Shown here piece by piece: positions 35,194 through 39,606 of a DNA stretch of 39,606 bases; position 1 is the first letter of the stretch, and each line of letters starts with the position of its first letter. The position numbers and the translations under genes were made by a program. The notes beneath the pieces were generated by a model. That model worked only from the letters and a program-made list of their open reading frames with translations. It was not told where the DNA came from and searched no databases. Location: assembly GCF_001194135.2 (NCBI RefSeq), contig NC_068990.1, forward strand, positions 46,654,956 through 46,694,561. The letters run 5' to 3'. Origin of the DNA: Octopus bimaculoides (Eukaryota).

Positions 35194-36429
35194 TCAGACA
35201 GACAGAAAGAGAAAGACATTTCAGAGATGTTTCGTTACCGAAACAATGACAGATGTTTCAAATTCCCATGTTCTCGTTTATTATTGACCAACTCACCTGC
35301 TCCTATTTTTCTCTCCACTTACATGCATTTCCTTTGCAGTTTCATGACACACCTTTCCTACTTAGTATAATAACGTCTCTCCCCCACTTTACGGTGACCA
35401 CTTTTCACTACTTTCTCTCTTCATCCCGTTTTGACAGTAAATAAGCGATCGTTTTCAAAGCTTATATCTCTGAGCCCAAACTTGCATTTTGGTGTTATCG
35501 TAGGATGTCAACTTAGTGCATTTAAGTAATGAAATATTACCTGTCGCTATGTAAATTAGATAGTTATTTGGAAACTTTATTTTCTTATTTTTTAATTGAT
35601 GGAGAAAAAAGAGAAAGTTTTAATTTGAATTCAAACTTCTAATCCCACCAAATATTATGAAGACATGATTATCTCCCTTAAACTAGCTATCCGCTAGGGG
35701 ACTTCATGTGTTTGAAAAATCTCTGTGAATTTAAAAGGATGCAGCCAAACTGCTGACGGAAGATCAAGGCGTTATGTCAATGAAGAGATGTCCTATGACT
35801 ACGGGTATCACCATGAAGTAGCAGTTTGAAACTATATCAACATCTGAAAGAAGATATCGAAAACGGCTTGTGAATTTCGTTTGTAGTTAAAATTACAACA
35901 TTATTTACTATAGGAACACTTTTGTAAGGTAGAATTCCTTGAATACAGTTACATTGTATGTAGACACTAAGAACTTTCCCTTTGTTCTTTCTCGATTGCT
36001 GAAATACTAACGTTCTATGAAGAAAAAGAAAAACAAAACGAAAAAGTAAAGAAAAATCATTCCTTGAATTACTTTTAAGTTGTAAATAATTTTCATCAAT
36101 AAGAAATGTCACGCTTCATAAAATGTTTACCTCGAGTTATGTCATGCTGATGATTTCTAAAGCGAATAAAATAAGATTTAAATTTTCAGACATTCCCAAT
36201 GAGTAAACAAAAGGAAAAAGACAAATAAGACAAATATATTCAATGCATTTTCTTCGTGATTTCAAATTCAAACTTCTAATCCTGCCAGAGAGTAGAAAGA
36301 AATGATTATCTCCCTTAACTGTTTCTCTAAGGGAGTCCACTTGTTAGATCAAATAACTTATTTTGAAAATGTTTTTTTTTTTTGTTTCTGAAGTATTTAA
36401 TTATGGAGATACTGCACAATTCATATAGG

Positions 36430-36830
36430 CACTACTGAAGACGCTAGGGCGCAGTTTTAGGGCAGAACATCTTCGAAAACTATATTCCTAATTAAATGTT
36501 TGTATAAAGTTTATATAAAAATATACTGGAAGTTTACTACAGACAATGGCATACATAATTAATTTTAAAATTATATTTTTTCTGGAGCGTTTGAGTCTAG
36601 CTTTTATATGAAGTCCACAAAGATAATACTGAAGATGCCGTGTGAAGAGAGAACATATTTGAAAATTATATTATGTATTTGTATAACAAAAGACTGCTGG
36701 AAGTTTATAGAGTGCAATCACATATATAATTTATTTTTCAATTGTATTTATTCTGAAGCGTCTGATTCTGGAGTTAAAGAAAAACTGAAGGTGTAGTATT
36801 ATGAGAGAACATCTTTGAAAATTCTGTTCT
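36430..36830. repeat. Diverged tandem repeat, about 2.3 units of 155-195 bp
   Basis: ACTGAAG...AGAACAT(C/A)TT(C/T)GAAAA recurs near 36464, 36650 and 36806. CTGGAAGTTTA...TCTG(G/A)AGCGT recurs near 36530 and 36700. Confidence 0.7.
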
Positions 36831-37269
36831 TTGTTATACACCTCTCATTGCTCTTACTTTGTAAATTGTTATCCTTTGTTGGTTTCGTTTTGCAAAAAAA
36901 AAAAAAAAAAAAAAAAAAAAAGATTAATACACTCTTGTAAGAGTTACAGCCAATTTTCCATGATTAAAACTATTGACTATGTGTTGAAAGAATAACGTAT
37001 ATAGTTAACACTTCAGATACTTTTTCATGTGGAACAACGTATTAGATATAATCAGTCTAAAATATTATTTAGCTATGGTATGATTATGTTGATAAAGCTT
37101 TAACAAGTCTTAATATGCTTTATCTATTAATATGATTTATCTATTAATATGCTTTCCTACCGTGTTTAACATCAGGCTTGAGCCTATAGCTCCAATGACC
37201 GCAATGAGCAAAGTGCTGTAGCTGGTATACTGAATTACGGCTTTTATAAATGTTAGTAACCCCTCCATA

Positions 37270-37400
37270 TATATCTCTATGTATAAAACAGAGTTTGTGT
37301 ATGTGTATCTGTGCGTGGTGCGTATGTTCCTTATGGATTCGAAAACTGAGTTGCCGATTTTGACGAATGAGGTATCAAAAGATTCAGTAATCTTTCGGCT
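37270..37400 (+). mobile_element. Possible Helitron-type non-autonomous element 5' end
   Basis: TCTCTATGTATAAAACAGAGTTTGTGTATGTGTATCTG...CCGATTTTGACGAATGAGGTATCAAAAGATTC resembles TC-TATATATAAAA plus microsatellite plus CCGATTTT ends as I remember them. No 3' end was located. Confidence 0.35.
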
Positions 37401-38270
37401 ACCAAATAAAGTATGTTTTCTGCACAATAACTGTCTTTTACTACAAAATACCTCGAAAAACAAAGCCAGGTCACACAATTTTGAGGTCATTTTCGGGCAA
37501 TATTTGGATTTGCTTCTAATCTACGTTACCAATTTTAATATCTTTGGTATCACAAAATGCAGTAATGTACAAGGAGTGTTATGAGTGCATTTGTGATGCA
37601 CAAAACGCTATTTGCCAACAGAAAATGACGAAAAAACACTTTTTTGAACAAATATTGGCACATTTCCCGTCAATTTCCCGTCCCCTTTGTGCCACAACTA
37701 AACTGCCAATATGAAGGTCTTCAGTATTTCATGATTAAACAATGTCTTTGAAATATTGTGATACCATTTCTTTGCACAAAGCCTTATTTCTCAACAGATA
37801 ACTGACTAATGAACAGTGTTCTGGTATAATTGTGATCACTTCTGGTATTACTACCGAAAACAATTGGTCCATGTAGATTTTCTTGGTAGCAAACGACTCA
37901 GGAATGCCAAAAGAGCGTTCTCAGGTTTAAATTCAATAAAATTTCCCCAAGGATCAAGCAGAGTAAGAGCCTATATTCGTTCAAGTGTGATAAAGACGTA
38001 AAGCAATGACTAAAACCTTTCAAGCTTTTTTGCCTTTAGCATTTTTCTCTTTATTCAACAGAATTTATGCAAAGTTTCTTATCGTTATTAGTATATATTC
38101 ATGCCTATTATTCATTCCATAAGCCGCAATCTTCGTAAGGATTTTGCTACATTCTATTTTTCACATTAGTTGAGCCGACGGCTGGTGTAATAATCTCATG
38201 CACAAATATTGCTGGCATTTTGCATAGTCAGTGATGGTCTTCTTCGACCATGAGTGGACAGTCATATATA

Positions 38271-38706
38271 NNNNNNNNNNNNNNNNNNNNNNNNNNNNNN
38301 NNNNNNNNNNNNNNNNNNNNNNNNNNNNNNNNNNNNNNNNNNNNNNNNNNNNNNNNNNNNNNNNNNNNNNNNNNNNNNNNNNNNNNNNNNNNNNNNNNNN
38401 NNNNNNNNNNNNNNNNNNNNNNNNNNNNNNNNNNNNNNNNNNNNNNNNNNNNNNNNNNNNNNNNNNNNNNNNNNNNNNNNNNNNNNNNNNNNNNNNNNNN
38501 NNNNNNNNNNNNNNNNNNNNNNNNNNNNNNNNNNNNNNNNNNNNNNNNNNNNNNNNNNNNNNNNNNNNNNNNNNNNNNNNNNNNNNNNNNNNNNNNNNNN
38601 NNNNNNNNNNNNNNNNNNNNNNNNNNNNNNNNNNNNNNNNNNNNNNNNNNNNNNNNNNNNNNNNNNNNNNNNNNNNNNNNNNNNNNNNNNNNNNNNNNNN
38701 NNNNNN
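38271..38706. other. Assembly gap (N run)
   Basis: Run of N between (TA)n tracts. Confidence 1.
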
Positions 38707-39534
38707 TATATATATATATATATATATATTTATATACATATATAATCAACTGTGTTTCGAATACTAAATATTAATAATATGCAAGTGAAGGGTTTATTCA
38801 CTTGAATATATCAGAGGCAACAAACGTGTTCTAGGTATTTGTCTGGCTCTGATTATATGTCATTGATAAGGCTCAAATAGGCCGAAATGCATCTGGCGTT
38901 CTTGCTAGCCACTACTGGAAAGGTTTTCGCCTTCCTCCGATATATAAATTATGTTTTAAGACAAAGGACGTCCATGAGAAATGTTATCTCTTTGACGAAC
39001 AGTACATTTAATTTACCTTTCAACAATGTTTTTTTTTTACATCAAGTATGATGTACAGATCGATAAATAATATAATACATTAATCAATAGATTACCTTCA
39101 TTTCTTTGCATAGATAAAGTGGTGTATTTTAAAGTCTTCTATACGTAGATCGTAAAGAAATAATATTATACAATATAACATTATATAGTATTATATCTAA
39201 CAGAATATATCATTACTTTGTATTATTATTTTATATTATTAAGAATATATATTATTTTGTTTCATTGACGAGTCACAAAAACTTTAATGCTCTCAAAGAG
39301 AAGGAAATAGAAAAGATGTATAGCTCTGTTTATGCTGAAAACAGAAGAGAAAGAAAGAGAGAGGGGGAAAGATTATTACTTTGTATGTGCATATGGCTGG
39401 ACTTGAACCCACATTTCCAGTGAACACAATAAACGAAGTGTAGAAGCTGCTTCGCAAAGCTATTGTTTCTAAAAAATACACCAGTAATACGCACATACAC
39501 ATATTTATATAGTTATATTTGTCACTCGTTAGAC

Positions 39535-39565
<31 letters not shown>

Positions 39566-39606
39566 CATACATACATACATACACATATATATATATATAT
39601 ATATAT

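Noticed and set aside
39390-39480. GTGGGTTCAAGTCC T-arm-like motif or a minus-strand exon
   Set aside because: No D-arm or acceptor stem, and neither open frame is recognisable.

Overview
AT-rich eukaryotic genomic DNA, most likely an intron or intergenic region of an octopod cephalopod. The species is inferred from the very high density of (AT)n, (CA)n, (ATAC)n and (AAT)n microsatellites and from tRNA-derived SINEs resembling Octopus families as I remember them. It contains four N gaps. I recognise no intact host gene, and most ORF-track entries are microsatellite or N-gap artefacts. The window is mostly decayed transposons: R4/Dong-type REL retrotransposon fragments in (TAA)n tracts, two parts of Tx1/L1-clade elements, an RTE 3' end, a Penelope-like element (RT plus GIY-YIG), a hAT-Buster transposon with intact 16-bp TIRs and an 8-bp TSD (17763-20112), a Chapaev3-like transposase pseudogene, several MITEs and at least three SINE families. 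The leads most worth following are a pre-miRNA-like hairpin at 30471-30540, a (TAA)n landing pad at 8.45-10.04 kb where LINEs and SINEs stack in opposite orientations, a 3'-UTR motif shared by three divergent Dong-like elements, and a head-to-head Dong/Tx1 junction at about 2360. All family assignments come from motif recognition by eye; no database searches were run.
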